Positions 19,195-30,551 of a stretch of 64,000 nucleotides of DNA are shown here, one piece after another. The DNA is taken from contig JBFXGX010000002.1 in NCBI GenBank assembly GCA_050177605.1, positions 64,001 through 128,000 on the forward strand, given 5' to 3'. The stretch's first letter is position 1, and each line of letters begins with the position of its first letter. The notes beneath the pieces were generated by a model. The model was not told the DNA's origin and did no database searches. It was given only the letters and a program-made list of their open reading frames with translations. The stretch is from Candidatus Izemoplasmatales bacterium (lineage in GTDB: Bacteria; Bacillota_I; Bacilli_A; Izemoplasmatales; Hujiaoplasmataceae). The position numbers and the translations under genes were made by a program.

Positions 19195-22182
19195 ATGAAT
19201 TACAAAAAACTCATCAAACCTTTATTCATTGTAGGCGCTATTCTAGTACTATATGTTTTAGTATTTAATAGTCCTTTTTCGCGTTCGGATTACAATGCAT
19301 GGAATGATGAAATAACAGAGGAAGACTATCAAGCGGCACTTGATCTAATCAAAGGTAGCTCCGATTACATCCAAAGATATTCATACATTAGTTTTCTTGA
19401 AGACCATACGATTACTTATGGCTTACAAGATTATGTAGCTACTCAGGACGGAGTGAGTGCTACAAATAATTATGACTATACAGGAACAAAAGCCGTGGAC
19501 TTAGAAACATATGGTAGCGTGACTTATACAGTGAATGTAAACACTGCAGGACTGTATGCAATCTATGTTGACTATTACGTGAAAGAAAATGTACTGAACA
19601 ATTTAACAGTAGCAGTATCTGTCAATGGTGAAACACAGTTTGATGATGCGCTGACAGTAGATGTTCCATTACTTTGGGAAGATGATTCAAAAACATTTGT
19701 ACTTGATACCTATGGTGATGAATCGTTACCTGCTCAAAGTCGTGTATTAGCATGGCAAGAGTTACCACTTTATAACAATACTTATTCGACTTCAGAACCT
19801 TTATATTTTTATTTCGAAGAAGGCAATAACACCATCACTATTGACAACGTCTTAAGTGGAGCTGTTCTTTTTGGTGATTTAAGAGTTGCTTCTCCAGTTG
19901 CGACACCTAGTTATGCAACCTATATTTCTAATTTTAATGGTGTGTCTCACCCTGCAGATACAATTCAAGTCAATGCGACAGCTTACATTAACAAAAATTC
20001 ATCCTATGTGCGTTTATATAGTTTCCAATCTCCTAGCGTTAGTCCTTTCGACGCTGTGAATAAAAAATTAAATGTCATTAACGGTGAAGCATGGTACCGT
20101 TCAGGGCAAGAAGTTACTTATGAGTTTAATGTTACACAAACCGGGTTATATGAAATCAATCTTCATTATTTGAATGATAAAGAAGAATTTTCGGTATTCC
20201 GCTCTATCAAAATCGATGGAGAACTACCATTTGAAGAACTTAGAAACTATGAATTTCCAGTAACAGGTCAAAATACTTGGGCCAATGAAGTTCTTGGAAA
20301 TGAAGATGGAACTTACAGTTTCTATTTAACAGCTGGTACTCATACGATTACTTTCCGTGCTGAAATCGATCAAGTAAATGAAGAATTACGGAATATTCAA
20401 TTACTTGTAGATCATATCAATGCTTTCGCATTAAATATCTTAAAGATTACTGGTGTGAATATTGATAAAAATCGTAAATGGGAATTTACGAATTACATTC
20501 CTGAAACAGAAAGTTATTTACAAGCTTATGACACAATTATTAAGCATGCTGTTGTAACTCTTTCTGCCTATTCAAATGAACTAGATACTTCAGCAACGTT
20601 GTCTTATTTAAAAACCGCTGTAGAAGCATTACAAAAGATTCTTTTAGAACCAGATAAAATTCCGCTTTACCTTGATGCATTATATAGTGGGACGGGGTCA
20701 ATTACACAAATGTTAGGGGATTCTTTAACCAGCGTGGGAGATCAACCGCTCTACCTTGATTCCTTTACCATTTCCAATGATTCTGTAACTGAAAAAGCAA
20801 ATGCTTCTTTCTTTGCTAAATTAGGAGCACAAATACGTACATTTACCGCTTCCTTTACTGAAAAGAAATATGTTACAGATAATAACCCTGAAGCAGTCAA
20901 TGTGTGGGTAAACCGATCTTTAATTTATGTTGACTTAATGCAAAAAATGGCGGATCAATATTTTGCAAATACTGGCATCCAAATTAAGATATCGATTATG
21001 CCTGATGCCAACAAACTAATTTTAGCGAATGCAGCAAACCAAACACCCGATGTGGCACTTGGTCTTGCTTCCTATATGCCATTTGACTTAGCAATTCGTG
21101 GTGCAGTTCAAGACTTAACTGAATTTGATGACTTTTGGACAGTAGCCTCTAATTTTAGTCCAGGAGCGTTTATTCCTTACATCTTAGAAGATGGTGTCTA
21201 TGCAGTTCCTGAAACCCTGGAATTCCATGCGCTGGCTTATCGTAAAGACACGATGGCGGCTCTTGGTTTAACCATCCCATCAACGTGGGATGATGTGATT
21301 GATATGCTTCCTACTTTACAACGTTATGGGATGAATTTCTATTATCCAACCAGTGGTGGATCCAGTTTAAAATGGTTCTATCAGACATCAGCGTTGATTT
21401 ACCAATATGGTGGAGATATTTATAACAGCGATGGTTTATCAACCGCAATTGACTCTGAGAAATCTTATCTTGGGCTGAAATTACTCGGGGACTTATATAC
21501 AAAATATAGTTTACCTAGTTATGTGGCTAGTTTCTATAATTCATTCCGTTATAATACATTACCAATCGGTATTATTGATTTTGCGACCTATTTAACACTT
21601 AAAAATGCTGCTCCTGAATTAACAGGTCAGTGGGGACTTGCATTATACCCTGGTGTTGAAGACGAAAACGGAGATGTACAGCGTTGGTATATTGCCAATG
21701 GAACAAGTGCAATTATGTTTAAAAACGAAGACACAGCCAAGTTAAATGATAGCTGGACATTCTTAAAATGGTGGTTATCCACAGAAACTCAAACTGAATT
21801 TGCTTTTGCACTTCAATCAACCTATGGTCCAGAGTATGTATGGCTTTCAGGAAATATCAATGCTGTTGCTAACTCACCAATCGATGCTGCAGATAAAGAA
21901 GTGATCTTAGAACAAGTTACTTGGTTAGTTGACGTTCCTCGTACACCTGGTCAATATATGCTAGAACGTGGATTAAGCGACATTTGGAATAAAGTTACCT
22001 TTGATGGGGTATCTGTAAGAGTGGCCATCGATAATCAAGTATTAACAATTAACCGTGAAATATTCAAAAAAATGGTTGAGTTTGGTTATATTGATTCTGC
22101 AGGAAATGTGCTGGTACCTTATACAATTCGCGACACTGCATGGGTCAAAGAACAAATGACAACCTATGGTGGAGGTGAATAG
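19195..22182 (+). CDS. Large membrane-anchored solute-binding protein with two N-terminal CBM6/35-like beta-sandwich domains
   Basis: N-terminal TM helix; repeated VTY.(V/F)NV...GLY.I...Y segments; C-terminal SBP domain (PDVAL, YAVPET, YRKD, IPSTWDD, FLKWWLS); ATG 19195 after GGAGGGGG. Confidence 0.85.
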   Translation: MNYKKLIKPLFIVGAILVLYVLVFNSPFSRSDYNAWNDEITEEDYQAALDLIKGSSDYIQRYSYISFLEDHTITYGLQDYVATQDGVSATNNYDYTGTKAVDLETYGSVTYTVNVNTAGLYAIYVDYYVKENVLNNLTVAVSVNGETQFDDALTVDVPLLWEDDSKTFVLDTYGDESLPAQSRVLAWQELPLYNNTYSTSEPLYFYFEEGNNTITIDNVLSGAVLFGDLRVASPVATPSYATYISNFNGVSHPADTIQVNATAYINKNSSYVRLYSFQSPSVSPFDAVNKKLNVINGEAWYRSGQEVTYEFNVTQTGLYEINLHYLNDKEEFSVFRSIKIDGELPFEELRNYEFPVTGQNTWANEVLGNEDGTYSFYLTAGTHTITFRAEIDQVNEELRNIQLLVDHINAFALNILKITGVNIDKNRKWEFTNYIPETESYLQAYDTIIKHAVVTLSAYSNELDTSATLSYLKTAVEALQKILLEPDKIPLYLDALYSGTGSITQMLGDSLTSVGDQPLYLDSFTISNDSVTEKANASFFAKLGAQIRTFTASFTEKKYVTDNNPEAVNVWVNRSLIYVDLMQKMADQYFANTGIQIKISIMPDANKLILANAANQTPDVALGLASYMPFDLAIRGAVQDLTEFDDFWTVASNFSPGAFIPYILEDGVYAVPETLEFHALAYRKDTMAALGLTIPSTWDDVIDMLPTLQRYGMNFYYPTSGGSSLKWFYQTSALIYQYGGDIYNSDGLSTAIDSEKSYLGLKLLGDLYTKYSLPSYVASFYNSFRYNTLPIGIIDFATYLTLKNAAPELTGQWGLALYPGVEDENGDVQRWYIANGTSAIMFKNEDTAKLNDSWTFLKWWLSTETQTEFAFALQSTYGPEYVWLSGNINAVANSPIDAADKEVILEQVTWLVDVPRTPGQYMLERGLSDIWNKVTFDGVSVRVAIDNQVLTINREIFKKMVEFGYIDSAGNVLVPYTIRDTAWVKEQMTTYGGGE

Positions 22183-22184
22183 AC

Positions 22185-23144
22185 TTGGAAAAGACATTAA
22201 CTAAAAAGAAGTTTGACCTTCATACGAAAGCGGTAGAAAAATATAAGAATATGAATTCTGATCAAAAAGCTACGATTTTTCTATTAGCACCTTATGTTTT
22301 ATTATTCACGCTATTCATTGTTATTCCAGTCATCGTTGCTATGGTTCTTTCATTCACCTATTTCAATGTGATTGAAATGCCTAAGTTTGCACAATTATAC
22401 GGACTTTATAATTACGTAATGATTTTGACACAAGATGAAGTGTTCTTACGTTATGTTTTACCAAACACACTGAAATATGCGATTATTACCGGCCCTGGAG
22501 GGTATCTATTATCCTTCATTATGGCTTGGATGCTTTCTCAAATTCAAGCTACACCAAGAAAAATTTTAGCATTAGCTCTTTATACGCCATCGATGCTTGG
22601 TGGTGTGTTCATTGGTGTTATTTTTAGAACGCTATTTAGTGGTGATAAATCAGGGTATATTAATGCGATATTATTAAATCTCGGATTAGTTTCCTCTCCA
22701 CTTGATTTCTTGCAGTCAGGGGATTACTTGATGAACATTATGATCTTTGTTACTTTATGGTCGTCAATGGGTATCGGGTTCTTATCAATGCTTGCAGGTA
22801 TTTTAAATGTTAACAAAGAAATTTATGAAGCAGCCTATATTGATGGTATCAAGAATCGTTTCCAAGAAATTTTCTATATTACGATTCCTTCGATGAAACC
22901 CCAAATGCTATTCGGTGCCGTGATGGCAATCGTTGGAGCATTTAATGCGGGTGGTATTGGGGTCGCCTTATCAGGATCGAACCCTACACCTCAATACGCT
23001 GGACAATTAATTGTAAACCATATCGATGACTATGGCTTTATTCGCTATGAGATGGGATATGCAGCAGCTTTGTCTGTGATTTTGCTACTGATTATTCTTT
23101 TATTCTCTCGCGTTGCTTATAGTTTATTCGGGGAAAGGGATTAG
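22185..23144 (+). CDS. Sugar ABC transporter permease (MalF-type)
   Basis: FLLAPY, multiple TM helices, EAA motif [14 protein letters not shown]. Confidence 0.95.
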   Translation: MEKTLTKKKFDLHTKAVEKYKNMNSDQKATIFLLAPYVLLFTLFIVIPVIVAMVLSFTYFNVIEMPKFAQLYGLYNYVMILTQDEVFLRYVLPNTLKYAIITGPGGYLLSFIMAWMLSQIQATPRKILALALYTPSMLGGVFIGVIFRTLFSGDKSGYINAILLNLGLVSSPLDFLQSGDYLMNIMIFVTLWSSMGIGFLSMLAGILNVNKEIYEAAYIDGIKNRFQEIFYITIPSMKPQMLFGAVMAIVGAFNAGGIGVALSGSNPTPQYAGQLIVNHIDDYGFIRYEMGYAAALSVILLLIILLFSRVAYSLFGERD

Positions 23145-23153
23145 GTGATATTT

Positions 23154-24026
23154 ATGGCTAGTTTTTTAGGGACACAAATTAATCCAAAGAAATTCCATCA
23201 ATCCCAATTAAAGTTCTATCTTCTATTGGTACCAATTGGTCTCTTTATGTTAATGCCTGTATTATATGTTGTTTTACAAGCATTCAAACCATTAAGTGAG
23301 TTATTCTTATTCCCACCAAGATTCTTTGTAACCAATCCAACGTTAGATAACTTCTTAAGATTATTTAGGACAGCATCTGGAACAGGTGTTCCAATGACGA
23401 GATATTTATTTAACTCAATCATTATTACTTCACTCACGATTTTCTTAACCCTCTTAATTACATTAATGACGGGTTACGCATTATCTAAAAAACGTTTTAA
23501 AGCAAAAAATACTTTATTTAAAATCAATCAAACAGCATTAATGTTTGTTGCGACAGCAGTAGCGATTCCTCGTTATTTAGTTGTATCTTCACTTGGCTTA
23601 ACCAATACATTCTGGGCTCATATTATTCCTTATCTTGCGATGCCAGTTGGGCTGTTTCTTGTAAAACAGTTCATTGACCAAGTTCCAGATGAACTCATTG
23701 AAGCAGCGAAGATTGATGGTGCAAATGATTGGCATATTATTACAAAAATTATTGGACCTCTTGTGAAACCTGCTTTGGCAACGGTGGCAATTCTTTCGTT
23801 CCAAATGATTTGGAACTCAACAGAATCATCCAATATTTATGTCATCGATGAAACGAAAAAGACTTTCGCATTTTATATGACCACGTTAACATCGTCCACA
23901 TCTGGGCCTGCGGGAGTCGGAATCAGTGCAGCAGCAGGACTTGTCATGTTTATTCCTAACTTAGTTATATTTATTATTATGCAAGGTAATGTGATGGATA
24001 CGATGTCACATTCAGGAATCAAGTAG
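23154..24026 (+). CDS. Sugar ABC transporter permease (MalG-type)
   Basis: AFKPLSEL, YLFNS, PDELIEAAKIDGA, WN motif. Confidence 0.95.
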   Translation: MASFLGTQINPKKFHQSQLKFYLLLVPIGLFMLMPVLYVVLQAFKPLSELFLFPPRFFVTNPTLDNFLRLFRTASGTGVPMTRYLFNSIIITSLTIFLTLLITLMTGYALSKKRFKAKNTLFKINQTALMFVATAVAIPRYLVVSSLGLTNTFWAHIIPYLAMPVGLFLVKQFIDQVPDELIEAAKIDGANDWHIITKIIGPLVKPALATVAILSFQMIWNSTESSNIYVIDETKKTFAFYMTTLTSSTSGPAGVGISAAAGLVMFIPNLVIFIIMQGNVMDTMSHSGIK

Positions 24027-24037
24027 GAGGGATGATT

Positions 24038-26101
24038 ATGAAAACGATAAAAAGAATAGTCATTACCTTTGTCTTCGGACTCGTCATCCTTTTCAGTTTT
24101 GGATTACATACTGGGAAAGTTGCGGCTTCAAGTTCCACAACGTACACCTATGCACTTGATGATAATGGCCATTTTGTCCAAACACAAGATGCGTATTTAC
24201 CTGGACAAACCATTACTGATTTAGGTCTAGACGGACCAACTGATATTGCGATTGATCAAAATGATAATCTCGTCATTGTAGATTCAGGAAACGCGAGAGT
24301 AATCGTATTTAATCCTGTTAGTGGGAGTATTGAATTAACCATTGCCTATAGCGAATTTGTCGCACCAACCGGAGTGTATGTTGTCAAAGAAGCATCGACC
24401 TATGTTGGACTTGGCGATATTTATGTAGCTGACCCAAGTGCAGGAAAAGTATTCCATTTTGATTCGCTTGGTAATTTAGTTGAGTCATTCTCAAAACCAG
24501 TCAGTGTGATGTATGAAACAAGTGAATTCCAACCTGAACAAATCGCGGTTGATAAAGCGGGTATTATGTATATCATTTCGAAAGGATCTTCGGATGGTAT
24601 CATTCAGTTATCAAACACAGGTGAGTTCTTAGGTTTCTTTAGTTCGAATCAAGTTGTTCTTTCTTTAACTGAACAATTTCAACAATTAATCTACACGGAC
24701 GCACAACTCGAAAATCTTGGCATCAATTTGATTCCACCAGTTTTTACAAGTGTATTTATTGATCAATCAGGATATGTCTATTCAAGTTCTTCTGGTAGTA
24801 ATGTTGATAATATTAAAAAACATAATACCCAAGGTACGAACATGTTTTCCGATATCTTTGAAGCGACAACACAGTTATCCGATATTTATGTTGATGACCA
24901 AGGAATTATTTATACAGCCGATCAATTAGGTTTTATCTCTGTCTATACGAATGACGGTGAATTTATTTATTCGTTTGGAACCATCAATGATGTTTCAGTT
25001 GCGGGATTCTTTAAATCTCTAGCTGGTATCGCGGTTACTGATGGTGGAACCATTTGGACTGTCGATTCAGGAAATTCGTATTTACAATCCTTCAATCCAA
25101 CTGAATACGCTACGACGATTTATGATGCGATTGAAAATTATAACAATACCCATTATGAAGAAGCCATTGCTTTATGGACAGAAGTATTAAGTCTAAATCA
25201 ATTATCCATCTTGGCACATAATGGTATTGCGAAGAACTATTTATTAATCGAAGAGTATCAATTAGCTGCGGATCATTTTAAAATTGCTGGAAACAGAGAA
25301 TTATATAGTGAGGCTTACTGGGAAATTCGTAATATTTGGTTACAACAAAATTTAATCATTGTCATTGGACTTGCTTTGCTTTTAACGATTATTTATTTCG
25401 TGACAAAAGCAGTTGATAAGAAAACAGCGTTTTTAGAACCTGTTCGTAAAATGCTCGGGAAGGTATCCAATGTAAAAGTGATTAATGATGTGCTCTATAT
25501 GAAGACGGTATCCAGAAAATTTGGGGATTCGTTCTATTACTTGAAAGCAAAACGAAAGGGATCCTATCTTGGTGCATTCATTATTTTAGCGATTACTTTC
25601 GCTGCATATATGTTATTCGTTGCAGGAAAAGGATTTATTTTCCAATATACAGACATTAAAGATATCGACTTAAATTCGACTATCCTTGGATTCGTTGTAT
25701 TAATTGGTTTATTTATACTTTGTTCGTATTTAGTAACATCGATTCAAGATGGTGAAGGAACACTCGGCGACATCTTTAAAGGATTTGCTTATTCTATGTA
25801 TCCATTTATTCTTGGATGTTTCTTCTCGACGGTTTTCTCTTACGTTGCGACAAATAACGAAGTGTTTATCTTGAATTTAATCTTCTATATTGGACTCGCA
25901 TGGACATTTGTGCTTGTCTTTGTGTCCATCAGTGAAATTCAAAATTATACTTTCTGGCAAACGATTAAAAGTATTTTATTAACGATTTTATTTGTTCTTG
26001 TTATTTTACTTGTTATCTCTTTCGTACAAATGACTATTGGACAATTATTCTCATTCTTAGAAGAATTCATCAAGGAGGCGATTAGAAATGTTTTCAATTA
26101 A
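24038..26101 (+). CDS. NHL-repeat beta-propeller + TPR + Yip1-like multi-TM membrane protein
   Basis: Signal peptide; NHL repeats (PTDIAID..LVIVDSGNARV, PTGVYV, PEQIAVD); TPR-like YEEAIALWTEVL..AHNGIAK; about six C-terminal TM helices. Confidence 0.8.
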   Translation: MKTIKRIVITFVFGLVILFSFGLHTGKVAASSSTTYTYALDDNGHFVQTQDAYLPGQTITDLGLDGPTDIAIDQNDNLVIVDSGNARVIVFNPVSGSIELTIAYSEFVAPTGVYVVKEASTYVGLGDIYVADPSAGKVFHFDSLGNLVESFSKPVSVMYETSEFQPEQIAVDKAGIMYIISKGSSDGIIQLSNTGEFLGFFSSNQVVLSLTEQFQQLIYTDAQLENLGINLIPPVFTSVFIDQSGYVYSSSSGSNVDNIKKHNTQGTNMFSDIFEATTQLSDIYVDDQGIIYTADQLGFISVYTNDGEFIYSFGTINDVSVAGFFKSLAGIAVTDGGTIWTVDSGNSYLQSFNPTEYATTIYDAIENYNNTHYEEAIALWTEVLSLNQLSILAHNGIAKNYLLIEEYQLAADHFKIAGNRELYSEAYWEIRNIWLQQNLIIVIGLALLLTIIYFVTKAVDKKTAFLEPVRKMLGKVSNVKVINDVLYMKTVSRKFGDSFYYLKAKRKGSYLGAFIILAITFAAYMLFVAGKGFIFQYTDIKDIDLNSTILGFVVLIGLFILCSYLVTSIQDGEGTLGDIFKGFAYSMYPFILGCFFSTVFSYVATNNEVFILNLIFYIGLAWTFVLVFVSISEIQNYTFWQTIKSILLTILFVLVILLVISFVQMTIGQLFSFLEEFIKEAIRNVFN

Positions 26102-28568
26102 AAAAATCTTGATTGCATTCTTATTATTTGTCTTAATCACGCCAATCCTTGCGAATGCTAGTTATGTTTCTACGGGTCGTGATACCCAGGAAAATCCTGA
26201 AACGATTACGGATATCCCTGTAGAAGACTATGATGCACTAGGATATACTAAACTACAAGAGAATACGAATTATATTTTTTATTGGCAAGAAGCAAGAGAC
26301 GTTTTGGTTATTCATGATAAAAGAAATGGTTATACATGGAAAACTGGATTAGATGTTGACGCTGCAGATAATGAATCAGATCAATCTTCAGCATGTAAGA
26401 CACTCAAAAGAAACTATAACAATGATGCCATTACGTATGAAGAATTTGATGATGCATGTTCTTTAACAATTGATTCAATTACCGATACTACAACAGGGCC
26501 ACTTTTAGCGAACTCCTTATTAAGTTTTGATTATTTTTCTAAGGGCGCTAGTGATACCGTATATCAAACGAATACGGTTTATAGTTCTTATTTAAAAACA
26601 ACGCTTTATAAAATGACTTCAACACTTCAAAAAGTTGATAATAACAATAACATTTGGAAATTTACTGTATCGGCAAGCGAACTAGGCGTTGACGATAATT
26701 TAGACTTAACAATTCCAGTTTATATGTACTTATCCGATCAAGGATTTGAACTTGAAATAAAACATGATGATATTACTGGTAGTGCTTTGCCTTATCTATC
26801 TTCAATTAGCTTAGCAACATTCTTAGGCGCTGTTGGTGGACTTGATTATCAATTCACTACTTCACCAAAAGATGGAGAAACGCTTGGAGATTATGATAGT
26901 TATCAAGTACAAGGGGATATGGTTGATGGTTATTCATTCGTACCGGATGGCAGTGGTGCATTAATTCGTTACCTTGATAACTCCGTATCTTTATCGAAAT
27001 ATCAAGCCTATGTCTATGGGACAGATGCTTCACAGTCAATTCAATCTTATCGTTCATGGACTGGAACATATGTACCATTTAAAACAGCTTCCATCCCAGT
27101 TTATGGCATGGCACATGGAAATAATCAAGCTGCCTATGTAGCCTATGCTTCCAGTGGGGATCCATATATGTATATTATTTCGGTCCCAGAAGAAAATGTA
27201 TACCATTATAACTATACTTACGCGAAGTTTAATTATCACTATTTATATGAAAAACTCTATACACTCGACGGAGATAATCCTGTTTCATCCATCAGTCAAG
27301 ATGAAAATGTGTTTGATATTCATATGCATTATGACTTCCTTCAAGGCGATGGAACAACAGATAATTATCCAGCAAACTACGTTGGCATGGCACTTAAATA
27401 CAAAGATTTCTTGAAATCTGAAGGGATGTTAAATGATTATTCAACTACAAATGATGAAATTGGTATTCGTCTAGACTTCTTAATGGCGGACACAGAAAGT
27501 TCTATTGTAGGGTTTACAACACAAGTAGCTACGACTTCAAGTGATGTAGAAAAAATCTTAAATAAAGTATACAGTGAAGGAATTACCAATATTTCCAGTG
27601 GACTGATTGGATGGCAGAAGTATGGAGTGACCCTCGGTAACCCGACAAAAGCCGTTTTTACAAGTTCAATTGGATCGAAAACGGATTACAAAAATTTGAT
27701 TTCGTCTTTCCTCGAAAAAGGTGTCGATATTTCCTTCTATCAAGATTACTATACAATTAATGAAGATCAAATCAGTTTATACCGAAATGCGTCGAAACAT
27801 CCTGCGGGATGGTATGGCAGAATCTTAACTTATGAAGATCCTGTTTCTGTCTTCTACTATGCAAGACCGATTAAATCAGTAGAATGGCTAAATAACCAAA
27901 CTTCAACCTTTATTGATATGGGTGTACGGAGTGTTACGATTGATGGAATGACTTCAAAATTAATCACAGATTATACCCTAGATACGACTTATCGAAGCGA
28001 TGCAATTTCATTATATCAAGCAGCGCTTGCCTCCTTAAGTCAAGATGTGCTTCTTAACCTAACAAAACCAAATATGTATTTATATCCTTACACAGATAGA
28101 TATTTACAAATGAATGTGTATTCAACACAGTATTTAATTGAAACTGATACGGTACCTTTCTTACAATTATTACTTCAAGGAACAATGGAACTTTATGCAA
28201 TCTATTCGAATTTTTCATTCTATACGGATGCGGATGTTTTAAGAATGATCGATTATAATGTCTATCCTTCATTCGTCCTAACAAATGAAGCTTCCTATGT
28301 ATTAGCTGATACGAATTCAAGCGAATATTATTCTACTGAATTTGCTCTATATGATGAATTAATTCAATCGATTTATTTCAGAGTAAATGCGGCTTTATCC
28401 CCAGTGATTAATGCAACATGGACGAACCGTGAAGTGGTTCGTACAGGGGTTATTCGTAATACCTACGATAATGGTGTCGAAATTTTAATTAACTATACTG
28501 ATACAGCACAATCTGTAAACGGCGAAACGATTCCTGCGGGATCCTTCGTAGTTTTAGGAGGTGAATAG
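26088..28568 (+). CDS. Secreted DUF5696-like protein
   Basis: Sec signal ..ILANA; FVPDGSGALI, IPVYG, NYVGMA, VPFLQLLL.G, YDNGVEILINYT motifs; position inside ABC cluster. Confidence 0.75.
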   Translation: MFSIKKILIAFLLFVLITPILANASYVSTGRDTQENPETITDIPVEDYDALGYTKLQENTNYIFYWQEARDVLVIHDKRNGYTWKTGLDVDAADNESDQSSACKTLKRNYNNDAITYEEFDDACSLTIDSITDTTTGPLLANSLLSFDYFSKGASDTVYQTNTVYSSYLKTTLYKMTSTLQKVDNNNNIWKFTVSASELGVDDNLDLTIPVYMYLSDQGFELEIKHDDITGSALPYLSSISLATFLGAVGGLDYQFTTSPKDGETLGDYDSYQVQGDMVDGYSFVPDGSGALIRYLDNSVSLSKYQAYVYGTDASQSIQSYRSWTGTYVPFKTASIPVYGMAHGNNQAAYVAYASSGDPYMYIISVPEENVYHYNYTYAKFNYHYLYEKLYTLDGDNPVSSISQDENVFDIHMHYDFLQGDGTTDNYPANYVGMALKYKDFLKSEGMLNDYSTTNDEIGIRLDFLMADTESSIVGFTTQVATTSSDVEKILNKVYSEGITNISSGLIGWQKYGVTLGNPTKAVFTSSIGSKTDYKNLISSFLEKGVDISFYQDYYTINEDQISLYRNASKHPAGWYGRILTYEDPVSVFYYARPIKSVEWLNNQTSTFIDMGVRSVTIDGMTSKLITDYTLDTTYRSDAISLYQAALASLSQDVLLNLTKPNMYLYPYTDRYLQMNVYSTQYLIETDTVPFLQLLLQGTMELYAIYSNFSFYTDADVLRMIDYNVYPSFVLTNEASYVLADTNSSEYYSTEFALYDELIQSIYFRVNAALSPVINATWTNREVVRTGVIRNTYDNGVEILINYTDTAQSVNGETIPAGSFVVLGGE

Positions 28569-28569
28569 T

Positions 28570-29541
28570 ATGGCGAAAAAATCAATGGTGAAAAAGCTCA
28601 CCAGCACTTCAACAATTGAAAATCAAAATGGGATTGCCTATCTATTCTTAGCACCTTGGTTGATTGGATTTTTAACTTTTGTGATTTATCCGTTCTTTAA
28701 AACAATTTACAATACGGCATTCAAGATTACGACGGAAGCAGGAGAACTTGTTTATGTTTATAATCTCGGAGACCATGCAGGAAACTTTGGTACAGCGTTA
28801 AGAAATCTCTATTTCTTCCCGCAACTCCTTGACTTTATTATCATGGAGATTACCTATGTTCCAACAATTATTATCGTGGCTTTCATTTTGGCGCTTCTTT
28901 TAAATACGGGTGCGAAAGGACAAAGTACGTTTCGGTTAATCTATTTCTTCCCAGTCATCATTATGTCCGGCCCAGTCGCAGGAATCTTAAAATATAATGG
29001 TGCAGGTAGTTTGTTTGATTATATCAACAACATAATCTTTAAAATGCTTGTCTCTTATTCCCATCGTCTTGCGGAAGCCTTATCTGGCTTATTCGCAAAC
29101 TTTACGATGGTGTTATGGTTCACAGGCATTCCAATCATTTTATTCATTAATGCACTACAAAAAATCAATACAAATCTTTACGAAGCCGCTAAGATTGATG
29201 GTGCATCCAATTGGCAGATACTTTGGAAAATTAAAGTTCCAATTGTAAAATCTACCGGATTCATTGTCAGCGTCTTTACAATCGTTCAGTTAGGGGCTTA
29301 TTCCCTTAATCCAATTTATCAAACGATTAAGAATTCGATTTATGACACCGCTGCTGGTATTGGACTTGCTTCGACGTTTGCATTTATTTATACTTTTGTT
29401 GTTTTCTTACTGGTCGGGATTGCATATTTGTTACTTGGAAGACAATCCAAAACAAAAGAACTCAAATTATCATCCTTACAACGTGCTAGACTGGAAGCTG
29501 TTCAAAAGAAACGTCAACAGTTTGAAAGGAGAGCGAAATAA
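28570..29541 (+). CDS. Second sugar ABC permease (MalF-type)
   Basis: YLFLAPWLIGF, LYEAAKIDGAS, TM helices. Confidence 0.93.
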   Translation: MAKKSMVKKLTSTSTIENQNGIAYLFLAPWLIGFLTFVIYPFFKTIYNTAFKITTEAGELVYVYNLGDHAGNFGTALRNLYFFPQLLDFIIMEITYVPTIIIVAFILALLLNTGAKGQSTFRLIYFFPVIIMSGPVAGILKYNGAGSLFDYINNIIFKMLVSYSHRLAEALSGLFANFTMVLWFTGIPIILFINALQKINTNLYEAAKIDGASNWQILWKIKVPIVKSTGFIVSVFTIVQLGAYSLNPIYQTIKNSIYDTAAGIGLASTFAFIYTFVVFLLVGIAYLLLGRQSKTKELKLSSLQRARLEAVQKKRQQFERRAK

Positions 29542-29543
29542 TC

Positions 29544-30548
29544 ATGAAAGAACTCACCTTAAAACTAAAAGCATTTTTTGAAAAGATACCTGGTAAAATA
29601 GCAGGATTAAAAGAGTATTATCGTACTCATAAAATGAGAATTAATCATTTAATTTCGCAAATCGCTGTTTACGTATTTTTAATTACAATTTCTTATATTT
29701 TTATCTATCCAATCATGAAGATGGTTTCGATATCCTTTATGTCTTCAAGTGACCTTGTGAATCCTGAGGTTATATGGATACCTAAACAATTTACTTTCGT
29801 CAATTATAAAGTCGCGTGGACGGTGCTGAATGGAAGTGTGTCCTTACCGAATTCAATCAAGTATTCAACTTTACTTGCAGTGTTCCAAACACTCGTATCT
29901 GCTTTAACAGGTTTTGCTTTTGCACGATATGAATTCTTCGGTAAAAAAGCATTATATGGCATTTTGTTATTCTCATTCATCATTCCAATTCCAATTCTTT
30001 TAATTACACAATACAATATGTTTTCAACAGTATATACAGCGCTCGGATGGATTGGTGCTGGTAAAGGGTTAAATACGTATACATCACAAATCATTATGGC
30101 TTTCTTTGGTCAAGGTGTGAATAGTGCCATTTTAATCTTAATCTTTATCAACTTCTTTAAAATGATACCGGCTGATTTATACGAGGCAGGAAAGATTGAT
30201 GGGGCTTCTCCACTTCAATTATTCTGGCATATCACGATTAAACTAAGTCTTTCAACCATCGTCGTTGTATTCCTCTTTTCATTTGTATGGAACTGGAATG
30301 AATCTTACGTTACTGAATTCTTTGTCGGGGATGGTGTTGATTTATTTACGAACCAATTAGGCAAATTTGATTCTTTATTTGGTACGCGTGTTTCAGATGC
30401 TAGACAAGAAGGGGATGCAGTACAACTTGTGGAAAGCTATAAGATGGCTGCGACTGTAGTAAGTATTATCCCATTATTAATCATTTATTTTATCGGACAA
30501 AAATCGTTCGTTGAAGGTATTGAAAAAACAGGTATTACTGGAGAATAA
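29544..30548 (+). CDS. Second sugar ABC permease (MalG-type)
   Basis: GFAFARYEF, LYEAGKIDGA, FVWNWNE, QKSFVEGIEKTG. Confidence 0.93.
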   Translation: MKELTLKLKAFFEKIPGKIAGLKEYYRTHKMRINHLISQIAVYVFLITISYIFIYPIMKMVSISFMSSSDLVNPEVIWIPKQFTFVNYKVAWTVLNGSVSLPNSIKYSTLLAVFQTLVSALTGFAFARYEFFGKKALYGILLFSFIIPIPILLITQYNMFSTVYTALGWIGAGKGLNTYTSQIIMAFFGQGVNSAILILIFINFFKMIPADLYEAGKIDGASPLQLFWHITIKLSLSTIVVVFLFSFVWNWNESYVTEFFVGDGVDLFTNQLGKFDSLFGTRVSDARQEGDAVQLVESYKMAATVVSIIPLLIIYFIGQKSFVEGIEKTGITGE

Positions 30549-30551
30549 ACA

